From the NCBI RefSeq assembly GCF_964188315.1, contig NC_135661.1, forward strand, positions 51,026,001 to 51,090,000: a stretch of DNA of 64,000 nucleotides, written 5' to 3'. Of the stretch, positions 1 to 9,877 are shown piece by piece (within the stretch, counting starts at the first letter, position 1; each line of letters starts with the position of its first letter). A model generated the notes under the pieces. That model did no database searches, was not told where the DNA came from, and was given only the letters and a program-made list of their open reading frames with translations. The position numbers and the translations under genes are program-made. The DNA is from Podarcis muralis (lineage: Eukaryota).

Positions 1-630
1 ACCGTGCTTTCAACACGTATCCCCAGGCATCAAGGTGTGCAACTGCTTCAAAAAGTAATCAAGAAGTAAATCTTCCTGCAAGGCTTTCAAAGTTGACCTC
101 AAGGGTCTAGCCATAAGCCCAGAGTATCAGAAATACCAAGCCTGAACAACCAAGTTTAATAAACCTGATCTATCGGGTGTTTTTGTGATTGTATAGTATA
201 TAGAGAAGGGAGCACGACCTCAGGATAATTTTCCTGTAGCCCATCTTGAAAGCTATTCAGCTTTGGCAAGTTAGAGGCAACCTACAAAATGAGATAAGGA
301 AGGGCTGTCACACCCCTTTGAGCTTTTAGGGTGAGCGAGAAATCAGAAGCCAGCCGGCCAAGAAGACATATACCAAAGTGGTAAATGGAACAGATAAGAA
401 TGTAAAAACCTGAGAAGGTAAGAACAAAGGCCTGTTTAGGTTTCGCATCTTGCTTCTCACCCATGCCAGCGAGAAGGCCAAAGGCAAGGCACAAGCACAA
501 TGTGTGGGCCTCCACTTTAGACAAAGCCCCTTTTGGAGAGATTTTGAACAGACATGAAGGACGACTTCTATAAAGTAGCCCAAAGATAATTCGGTAGCTC
601 CCGAAACTTCAGACCAATTTCAGAAGGTAC

Positions 631-825
631 AAGAACATAAGAAGAACTCTGCAGGATCAGGCCAGTGGCCTCTTCTCACAGCAGCCAACCAGAGGCCTGT
701 GAGAAGCCCCTGAGGAGGACCTGAGCACAAGAGCCCTCTCCCCTCCTGAGGTTTCCAGCACCTGGTATTCAGAAGCATGCTGTTTCTGAGCAGGGGCAGA
801 GCACAGCCATCAGGGTTAGTAGTCT
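631..825 (-). mobile_element. CR1-type LINE 3' end fragment
   Basis: Begins AAGAACATAAGAAGA...GGATCAGGCCAGTGGCC...CAGCCAACCAGAGGCCTGTGAGAAGCC, the reverse complement of a squamate CR1 3' terminus as I recall it. A plus-strand relative lies at about 6300-6525. Confidence 0.6.
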
Positions 826-880
826 TTGGAGCGGTTAAGAGCCGAAGAGCGTCTTATGTTTGAGGATGGGAAAGGAAAAA

Positions 881-960
881 ATATAGATAAACTGGAAATA
901 TAGATAATATAGATAAAACTATATTGATAATATAGATAAAACTATATAGATAAAACTATC
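881..960. repeat. Degenerate AT-rich minisatellite, unit about ATATAGATAAAACT
   Basis: About five imperfect tandem copies of ATATAGATAA(AACT) are directly visible. Confidence 0.6.
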
Positions 961-2953
961 ACAGATAGAGTATCTATCACAAAGCATTGTTTTGTACTCA
1001 TTTCTCTCTGGTGAGGGAGGGGGAAGAACCAAAGAGAACAAGAAAGAAAATAAGAGCCTGGCTAGTTCAGAACGTAAAAAGAAACCTCCTGGATCAGACC
1101 AAAAGGCCTGATCTAGCCCAGTTTCCTGTGTCCCGCAGTGACCAATCAGAAGCAATAGCATTCTTCCCTTATGAAGCCTAAGAACTGCTATTCAGACAAA
1201 GGCTTGACTGAATAGCGTGACTATGACTATAGCTACTTTTTAATATTATTATTTAAAGGGAGATTTTTAAACAACGCCTTCAAGCTTAACACAGTTTAAG
1301 AACTGGTATTAGTAATGTAGTTCCAACGCCTGCAATTTATCAAATACAACCATCAAAATTGTAATATTTACACACAGCAAACAAAATGCACTGGGCTTGG
1401 ATGCATAAAATAAAGAAGAGAAATATTTGTAGTGGACAGTGCAACATAACATAAAGGACTTCCAGATCAAAACTTATAAAGCTACAACAACTGGATTTTG
1501 GCTCTGTTCCAATAGCTAACAAACTTTTTTTTTAAAAAAAAAGTCATTTGTTTAAGAAAGAAAAACTTAAGTTCATTTTCTTCTTTGGCAGGGAAAAATG
1601 GCTGAAGCACTTTTTACGTTGACAAAGCAAAATATAAGGTTTGTACATGATACATAAATACAAACCCCTGCTCACCTGTGAAGCTTATAGCATAGCCTTG
1701 GGCAAATCACTGTCTCCCAGGACAACTTACTTCATAGCATTGTTGTGAGGATATGTAAGTAATTTAAACATTGGAGAGCTGCTGCCAGTCAGTGTAGGGA
1801 AGAGCTTTCCCAACTGTTTGTCGTGACACGCTAGTGTGTCAGCTGCAATGTGTAGGTGTGTTGGGTGAACGCTCCCCGTGCTTCTCCCAGGGCTAGAAAG
1901 GGGTTGGTTTAGCCTCCCTTTTGCTAGTAAAATTGAATTACTGTATTGCAAAATTATGCATGTCTAAAAAGTGTGTCACCAACACGAAAAGTTTGGAAAG
2001 GTCTGGTGTAGGGAATACTGAGCTAAATGGATCAAATGTCTGCCTCCGTATAAGGCAGCTATTTCTAACCTTTGAAAGCCTGGAACAATATAAAAATTAG
2101 TACTTACCTGGGAAATCTGACTTGTGCACCTGCTGTTATCCGTCAATTCACAACTGTGGGGGGGAAACATGAATGGCATTTTTAAAAAATCAAAATTCTG
2201 TCTGCTGAACTTTGTTTTTAAAAGTTACTGCAGTTTGTGATTGTGTGTATATGCTTACTATTGCAAGGACAAGAAGTCAGAATTCAATTAAAAACCTACA
2301 AAATCAGAATGTTTAAAGAAAAATTGGACATTGATAAAAACAGGTCCCACTTTATAGAACTTGGACTTTGGTAAAACTATGTAAGTTTAAAATCAAATGG
2401 ATATTTTCAGGAAACGCACAAGGCTTGAAGCCAGTAGAGGAAGGAAAGAAATAATGTTTGTTTGATTGTGTATACATGCATGTGCGTATGTATGTGTGAG
2501 AAAACTATTTGGTACTCCAACAACTGGATAATTTTTTATATATAATAGTTTTTGCAACACAATATTGGATACATAGAACATCAAGTTAACATTCCAGCAT
2601 AGGTTTCTACATTCCCTGGGTGTCATCTTTCTGAAGCAATTATTTCTTGGAAAGATGCAATGGCGATTGGTGATTTTTTTATTGCTATTATTTATTAAAT
2701 TTGTATACTGCCCTTCATCTGAAGATCACAGGGTAGTGAAAAGCAAGAAAAGCTTACTGTACTGTGTTATACTGCACTCACTGACAGGATAAAGGTGCAA
2801 AAGGCACACAGAGATGCAATTATTGACCATACCATTGTTAATTTGTTATAATATAAAGAGAGGCCATAGCTCACTGGTAGAGCACAAGCATTGCATGCAA
2901 AAGATCCCACACAACTTCGATAGCTGTCCCTGGCCAAGGCCCTAGTAGATAGT

Positions 2954-3317
2954 GTCAGGTGGTGCGGTGGCCTAAACCACTGAGCCTAGGGCTTGCCGAT
3001 CGGAAGGTCAGAGGTTCGAATCCCTGCGACGGGGTGAGCTCCCGTTGCTCGGTCCCTGCTCCTGCCAACCTAGCAGTTCGAAAGCACGTCAAAGTGCAAG
3101 TAGATAAATAGGTACCGCACCGGTGGGAAGGTAAACGGTGTTTCTGTGCGCTGCTCTGGTTTTGCCAGAAGCAGCATAGTCATGATGGCCACATGACCCG
3201 GAAAAACTGTCTGCGGACAAACGTTAGCTCCCTCGGCCAGTAAAGCAAGATGACTGCCACAACCCCAGAGTCGTCCGCGACTGGACTTAACTGTCAGGGG
3301 TCCTTTACCTTTACCTT
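2954..3317 (+). mobile_element. Sauria SINE (Squam1), near full length
   Basis: tRNA-like head with B box GGTTCGAATCC, body GCCAACCTAGCAGTTCGAAAGCAC...GTGCAAGTAGATAAATAGGTACC, and an (ACCTTT)n tail. Confidence 0.9.
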
Positions 3318-3321
3318 TTTA

Positions 3322-3490
3322 AGACTCGGGAGACCCAGTTTCAAATCCTCTCTTGGCCATAGAGTTAATTGGGTGACCCTGGGCCAGTCTCTCTCGCAGC
3401 CAAACATACTTCTCAGGATTGTTGTGAGGATAAAATTAAGCTGGAGACTCTGCGTATTGTCCTGAGCTGCTCAAGAGAAAGGCAAAATAA
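3322..3490 (+). mobile_element. CORE/MIR-like SINE
   Basis: Contains TTCAAATCC...TGGGTGACCCTGGGCCAGTC...GTTGTGAGGATAAAAT. Related copies occur near 8860-9010, 25505-25670 and 55860-56050. Confidence 0.6.
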
Positions 3491-3516
3491 ACTAGTAATG
3501 AAATAAATTTGGGAAA

Positions 3517-3700
3517 GGGGCCATAGCTCAGTGGTAGCATGTCTGCTTTGGATGAAAAACGTCTCAGGTTCAATCCCTGGCATCTTCAGGTAGGGCTGGG
3601 AGAAACTCCACATGGAACCCTAGACAGCCACTGCCAGTCAGTGTAGACAATACAGGTCTAGACGAATGAACAAGTTGATATGATATAAGGCAGCTTTCTG
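3517..3700 (+). mobile_element. Squam3-type tRNA-derived SINE
   Basis: GGGGCCATAGCTCAGTGGTAG head, GGTTCAATCCCTGGCATC B box, GCCAGTCAGTGTAGACAATAC body and ATAAGGCAGCTT tail. Confidence 0.8.
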
Positions 3701-3775
3701 TCTGAGACCCCTGAGATCAACCAGGCCAGAACAGACAATACTGAGCTAGAAGATATTTAGCCTTTGACAAGTGAA

Positions 3776-3943
3776 GGGTTATAGCTCAGTGGTAGGGCAT
3801 CTACATTGCAAGCAGACGTTTGCAGGTTCAGTCCCTGGCATCTCCTGGGAATGTGTCATGTCTGAAACCCTGGAGAGCCTCTGCCCAGTACTCTGAGCCA
3901 CATGGACCACTGGCCTGACTCAGTATAAGGCAGCTTCCTATAT
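3776..3943 (+). mobile_element. Squam3-type tRNA-derived SINE
   Basis: ATAGCTCAGTGGTAG head, GGTTCAGTCCCTGGCATCTCC, and CTGACTCAGTATAAGGCAGCTTCCTAT tail. Confidence 0.8.
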
Positions 3944-6299
3944 TCAGATAATTAGTGGTGTATCAGAGCAAGTATTATTTGCATTGCATCTACACATGTG
4001 CAGTGGCTGCATCGCCCTCCCCTCATCATACAAAGCAAAGGGGGGGACAACAGCTGCATATACACACATATACACACACACAAAGCTTCGTCCCCAGATG
4101 TCTGTTTGCACTCTGCTACTGAGCTATTATGCCAGTGCCTTGCTCTAACCATTCTCTCTTTCCACAGTCAAATCATTCTGCACCACTGAGTTCGCAGAAG
4201 AAAATGAACAAGACTGTTCTGTCAAACTTCAAGAGATGATTTATTTATATTGATCACAAAGCAGCATTATCTCGGCTCAATACATTTAACCTCAGGATAT
4301 TAAGGAGCCCCCACAGAAATGGCATTTCTCTTCTTCCTCAGGAGGGAGCGCTGTTCAATAAATAGTAGGCTGCCAGGGTTTTTTTTACTCTCTTACAGAA
4401 TGAATGGAACAGCTTTATGTCCCCTAAGGAGACCTAACCGTCTACTCTCACTATATAGGTTTGACAAAATGGGCTAATAGTGAACTCCTTCTCCGAATCA
4501 GGTTCTTTAAGTGGCATAAGTGACACCACAAACACACACACACACACATACAGAGGAGATATCAGGCACCTTGGAGGAACCTCAGAGTTTGCAGAAATAC
4601 AGAAACCCCTCAGACTTATATAACCCAAAAAAAATTTTTAAAAACTGCATGCCTCAGACAGTGACACGGGTATTACAGAAAATTTTGTATTGACAATTTT
4701 TCAGTCTTCATCAGAAAATTTTCTGTTGTCCTACAGGGTGATCTAATGTAGCATGCTTATTTTATTTGTATTTAGTTAACGAAGCTTTGAAACTGCCGAG
4801 ATTGCATTGTATATATTCACAATTGCCATGCATTAATCATTACTAACGAAATTATGAAATGGAAAAACTTCCACAGGAAAAGGAAGTACTGGAAGAATTT
4901 GTACTCCATGTCACTGGTGTCAGCCTTACATAGTACCATATTGTGATATTTCACTGTGCAGCACAATTGTTACTTAGCCAGCAGTGTTACAGCTGCAGCC
5001 AAGCTTTCACCACAGAAACAAGAAAGGCAGATTAAAAATGGATAGTTAGATGTGAAAAATCTACACTTTAAAGATGGGAAGTGTGAAAAAAGCCTCTGAG
5101 GGATTGCAGAAAGCCTAACATGGCTTGGGTGAACAGGTTTTCATAGCAACTGTTTGCTAACTAGCAAGAGTTTTCATCATCTTTTTAAAGGAAGATGGGA
5201 TCATTTCTCACTGAAAATGGCATAAATGTAGGAAAGCTTCCGCCAAGCCTGATTTAACTTCCAGTCCTGGCGTGATTAATATGCACCATTATATTTCTCT
5301 CTCTAAAAGCAGGCTGTGAGTTGGTTTCTATTTAAATGCACATAGAAGCTATTTACAACCCACAGGACAACAACAAAGTCTATATACGAATGACCACAAG
5401 GTGGTGCCATGGCCAAGAAAAGCAAGCATAACTATTAAGAGGCTTTTCTAGTAACCACCACTATAAAATTCATTCATTCAAAGAGTGCTTCTATTCCATT
5501 TGTAGAATTCAGCTGCCGGAAAGCTCGGAATGACCCAAATTTATACATAGGCTAGTTTTTGTTCAATATACAAGGTTTAGCCACACCATAAGCTACTTTA
5601 AGATCCCAACGTTTTTCACATAAACTACAGTTTCAGAAGCCAGTCATACTGTAGAATGTGGTGCACAAAGTGTTGTTGTTGTTGTTGATTTGATTTCTTA
5701 GCCATCCTTCACAATAAGGCCCCAGGGTGGATTATAGCAATATTACAAATTACAGTCAAGAGAACTGGGTGGGTCCTAAAAATACATAGCTCAGGCACTA
5801 AAGGCGAGGGTAAAGTAATGTATCTTCAACATACAATCGAAACTATATAGTGTAAGTGCAAGACACATCTCTGTGGTGAGCTAATTCCACAACTTAAGGG
5901 CTGGCACAGAGAATGCCCTCTCCCACCAAAGCCTGCTTATAGTATATAAAATCATAAAATAGTCAATAAAAGAACAATAGAAGGTAGAAGTACAAATCCA
6001 GCATAGCTACCCATTTCCCAACACAATATGACAAGGGAGGGGAGAGCTTTATTAGGACAACACTACAATGCAGTGAGCAAGCCTAGTTTGAGATTTTTTG
6101 CTGTTCCTAATATTGTTTTTAATCACAGTTTTAGTGAGCACATACTAGCATACGGACACATCATAAATCTAATCCATTTTCAAAGTATACAGAAAAATAC
6201 ATAAATGTAAGAATGAAAGGACTGAAAATACATCTTCGCACAGCATACAGTATTGTTTTTTTAAGACTGGGTTTTATAGAAGCACAGCACACAGTTAAA

Positions 6300-6525
6300 A
6301 CTATGGAATTCACTCCCACAAGTAGTGACGACCATCAACATGGGTAGCAAATTCATGTTGAATAAGGCTACCTACGGCTGGGTTCCATCACCGCTGTCAA
6401 AGGATCTCCATTCAGATCCTGCTTCCAAGCTTCCCACAGGCATCTGGTTTGCCACTGAGAGAAAATGATGTTATGCTATATACAGGCCATTGGCCTGATC
6501 CAGCAGGCTCTTCTTATTCTCTTAA
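6300..6525 (+). mobile_element. CR1-type LINE 3' end fragment
   Basis: Ends GCTTCCCACAGGCATCTGGTT...GGCCATTGGCCTGATCCAGCAGGCTCTTCTTATTCTCTTA, the reverse-complement relative of 631-825. Confidence 0.55.
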
Positions 6526-6905
6526 ACAGCAAAAAATAAAAATAAAAATCCTGATTTGCTATTACAACTAAAGTACTGAAATTCCAGAAATATTACTACC
6601 TTATAGGCAGAGCAATCCAAACTCCCCATTCCGCTGGGCTGGAGGAAATATGAATGGCATAAATGTGTCCCTCCACTCCATTAATTTCAATGGATCTACG
6701 CTGAATATGAATTGGTCAGATACAACTCAACATATATTGCATAAATACATTACATAATTTCCCCATGATATAATACAATAGATATAAACGAGCAGTCAAC
6801 AGAATTCAACATCCTTGCCATTCTTATTCTTCCTCCTCTCTCACATTTTCGCTCAAAGTCACACAAACACCCGCTTACTGAAGACCCCGCTTCACACCTA
6901 CCTAC

Positions 6906-7030
6906 CTAAGTTCTGCAAAACTCCCTGCACGCCTGGAACAGACGGAAATTCAAAGAAAGGGCAAAACCCGGATGTAAGCTTCGTTCAGACCCGGAAGTTG
7001 TTGTTTCTTGACCGCTTCCGTCACACGGAA
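6906..7030 (-). other. CMC2: Probable non-coding exon 1 of CMC2; coding exons lie left of the window
   Basis: Minus-strand donor CTTAG|GTAGGT at 6906/6905 on the left side of the CpG island, with no ATG in the exon. Identity rests only on the head-to-head CMC2/CENPN arrangement known in human; I found no CMC2 coding exon in 1-6900. Confidence 0.5.
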
Positions 7031-7239
7031 ACCCCGCCTCTTCTCCCGCTGCAGCTGATAGTACACATACCAACGCTGGCACAATCGGAACAGGAGACGA
7101 GGAACGCTAGGGGGCTTCTGTTGACTATCGCGCCTTCGAGCTCTGCGCAGCCGCCAGCGCGGCGCGTGGCACCGCTAGGGCGGTGATTGGCTTTGGAGGA
7201 CGAGAAGGCGGCAGCTGATTGGCTGGTTCAAAGCTGAGG

Positions 7240-7338
7240 GGACGGTTTGGCGGCCGCGGCGGGAGGGCTTCGTAAGCCGAAAAAGAAGATGGCAAAGAGG
7301 CGGCGGCTGGAAGCCGGAGATGGGAAGGACGGGGCCGA
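7240..7338 (+). other. CENPN: Probable CENPN exon 1 (5' start approximate)
   Basis: Donor CGA|GTAAGT at 7338/7339 in the CpG island, with an alternative GAG|GTAACA at 7374. Contains AAGATGG at 7289. Confidence 0.6.
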
Positions 7339-7429
7339 GTAAGTTCGACTTGAGGGTGGGGGAGCGCCGCTGAGGTAACAGGGGCAGCCCCTTTCCCTCA
7401 GAAGAAAGCGAGCCGGGGAAACGGTACGT

Positions 7430-7580
7430 TGTAAATCAGTCAGTTTATTTTTATCCGGCTCTTCCTCCGAGGAGCTCAGAACGGCCGTTAACATAGTGGG
7501 ATCCCCATTTCGTCCTGGCGACAACCCTGTGAGGTAGGATAGGGCCGGGAGAGGAAGTCGCAGCCAGTGAGAACCCGAGT
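7430..7580 (-). mobile_element. CORE/MIR-like SINE inside the CpG island
   Basis: TTTATCC...CTTCCTCCGAGGAGCTCA...ACAACCCTGTGAGGTAGG is the reverse complement of the family at 3322. Confidence 0.5.
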
Positions 7581-7729
7581 CATGGCCTTTGGGCCTGGGG
7601 TGCCGGATGTCGAGCCCTCCTGGTGTTTGAGACTGCAGCTCCCATCAGCCCCAGCCAGCAGGGATAAAGGGCATAGGAGCCCCGCCCCGTAGTCCCCAAA
7701 GTAATGTCAGCGAGTGGGTTGGAGTGTGG

Positions 7730-8300
7730 GAGAATGTTGCTGCTCATTGATGAGGATATAATAGATCTGGGGGGATCCCTCCCCAAACTCTAGGAATAAT
7801 TAAGTATTAGGAGTTTGATTAAATGGGATGTGGATTAAGACAACAACTTCACAGCTGTGCCAGGCAGGGAATTCCTGGGCTGGCTTATGCAAACCAACCT
7901 GGTGGAGCTACGGCTATCAAGGGTACAATAGAGTCGGTTAACAAGGCAACGAAACTTCCCTCTTGCCCCCAGGTGTGAACTGAGACTGGGGTTTTGGGAG
8001 GTTGCCAGGGTAACAGCTGGGTGGGAGCTAGGTGAAGAAGGATAAAAGAGCTGAGATCCATCATTTGGAGTGTGCTGGCTGCAGGCTACTTATGCTGCTA
8101 CCTTTTGGAATGACTATGGTGTAAAATCTGGACTTCCTCCATTCAGACTGAAGGTGTAAATAGGTGAATAAACCATATTTCTTAAAACATGACATTCTCC
8201 GCCATGTCTTCTATTCCTCATAGGGAAACAGAACCCATGTGTATGCCTAGGACCCCATGGGCTCTTGCCACCAAGATGCTCGGAAATGCTCTGTTATTTT
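7730..8300 (+). mobile_element. Possible solo LTR (boundaries uncertain)
   Basis: TATA-like GGATAAAAG at 8040 followed about 125 bp later by AATAAA at 8167, an LTR-like layout. TG...CA ends and a TSD were not established. Confidence 0.4.
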
Positions 8301-8325
8301 GCATACTTCAAGCATTTTTATATTC

Positions 8326-8695
8326 AATAATAATAATAATAATAATTTATTATTTATACCCCGCCCATCTGGCTGGGCCTCCCCAGCCACTCTGGGCGGC
8401 TTCCATAAAAACCACAAATACAGTAAAATATCACACGTTAAAAACTTCCCAGCCTTAAGATGTCTTCTGAATGTCAGGTAGTTGTTTATCGCTTTGACAT
8501 CTGCTGGAAGGGCGTTCCACAGGGTGGGCGCCACTACCGAGAAGGCCCTCTGCCTGGTTCCCTGTAGCTTTGCTTCTCGCAATGAGGGAACCGCCAGAAG
8601 GCCCTCGGCGCTGGACCTCAGCGTCCGGGCAGAATGATAGGGGTGGAGACGCTCCTTCAGGTATACTGGACCGAGGCCGTTTATAGACCACTTGA
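8326..8695 (-). mobile_element. L2-clade LINE 3' fragment with (AAT)n tail
   Basis: Minus-strand translation LQGTRQRAFSVVAPTLWNALP matches the L2 ORF2 C-terminal motif RAFSxxAPxLWNxLP. An (AAT)n tail occupies 8326-8346. Confidence 0.85.
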
Positions 8696-9689
8696 TTGTA
8701 AAAACAAAATACGCTCTTAAGTGGCTTACAAAAATAAATCTTCCAACAACTCTCAGAAGAAAATAGGGTCCAGTGTACGCTTATGTTGCACTGCTCTCAC
8801 AAGAGTAAAAGCCAGTATAAAGTGGCACAGTGCCAGACTAAAATCAGGTATCTGATAGTCCCAGATTCACATCCTCATTCATCCACAGAGCTCACGGAGA
8901 GTAACCATGCACCAGTCACTTCCTTTCTCAGCCTGGTCTACCTCACAGAGGTTGTGAGGATAAAATGAGAGGAACATGTATTTGGAGGAATGGCAAGATA
9001 AAAATAGAATGTGGATGTAATTGAACTACAGCTTGCATCATCCCTGACTATTGGCGGTGCTGACTAGGGTTGATGAGAGATGGAGTCCAATAGGATCTGG
9101 AAGGTACCACACTGATTACCCCTGTTGTAATAGTGTGTCCTGTACTGGCTTCTGAAGCAGGCTGATGTAGCCAAAACACAGGAGAAAATAAGTATTTAAT
9201 ATCTACTTGTTGTGGATAGGATGATTGATTCACAGTAGGTTCTACTTTGTAGTATGACTAGACCTTAATATCTCAAGTGGTGAGGATCTAAATTTGTTGT
9301 GATTATCCTGAATTTTGGGAATATGTAGCTATACCACAGAGGTTTCTCGACCTATACTTTTGCCAACATAATTTTGTAAATATTAATATCCTACCCTCTT
9401 AATTATATTTTCAAAACTCCTAAGCCTCTAAAACTTTAGCTCATCTCTTGTTTGGAAGGTGTTTCAACCCTGTAATTATTTTAGGGTTGTGGCTGGGGTT
9501 TTGAAGCTTTGTGATACCATTTTAAGATGAAGCCAGACTTGTAACAGGATTCCAAATGTGGCTGCAGCAAATACTTATAGTAGCATTTCAATTATTGCCA
9601 TTTATTTTGAATCCCTTTCCTACTAATTCTTAATATTGGATTTGCCTTTTTCACAGCTGCTGTATCCTGTCTATCTTAAGTGTGTAATG

Positions 9690-9825
9690 CAGGCATCTCC
9701 AGCCTACAGCCCTCCAGATGTTTTGGCCTACAACTGCCATGATCCTTGGCTAACAGGACCAGCGGTCAGGGATGATGGGAATTGTAGTCCAAAACATCTG
9801 GAGGGCCGAAGGTTGGGGGTGCCTG
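9690..9825. mobile_element. hAT-type palindromic MITE
   Basis: Inverted ends CAGGCATC...GTGCCTG and a perfect 8-bp TSD GTGTAATG at 9682-9689 and 9826-9833. Ends about 40 bp upstream of the CENPN exon 2 acceptor. Confidence 0.9.
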
Positions 9826-9877
9826 GTGTAATGTATCTGAATATTTAATCTCTATTTTATTTTGAAGGGTCTTCATT

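Larger units (their letters stand above)
6950..7720. promoter_or_regulatory. CpG island, bidirectional CMC2/CENPN promoter
   Basis: CpG-rich. ETS-type CCGGAAGT at 6991, GC box CCCCGCCTC near 7032, two reverse CCAAT boxes (GATTGG at 7185 and 7217), and TTCAAA at 7227. Confidence 0.85.

Noticed and set aside
2101-2111. TACTTACCTGG, matching the 5' end of U1 snRNA
   Set aside because: The following sequence does not match U1; it is simply the reverse complement of a splice donor.
3517-3943. tRNA-like sequences (TAGCTCAGTGGTAG...GGTTCAATCCC), also near 2860, 21872, 28506 and 49030
   Set aside because: They continue into SINE bodies and tails and lack a complete cloverleaf, so they are SINE heads rather than tRNA genes.
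8247-8582. 111-aa ORF and similar ORFs at 57982-58255
   Set aside because: Remnants of the L2 ORF2 C-terminus, not host genes.
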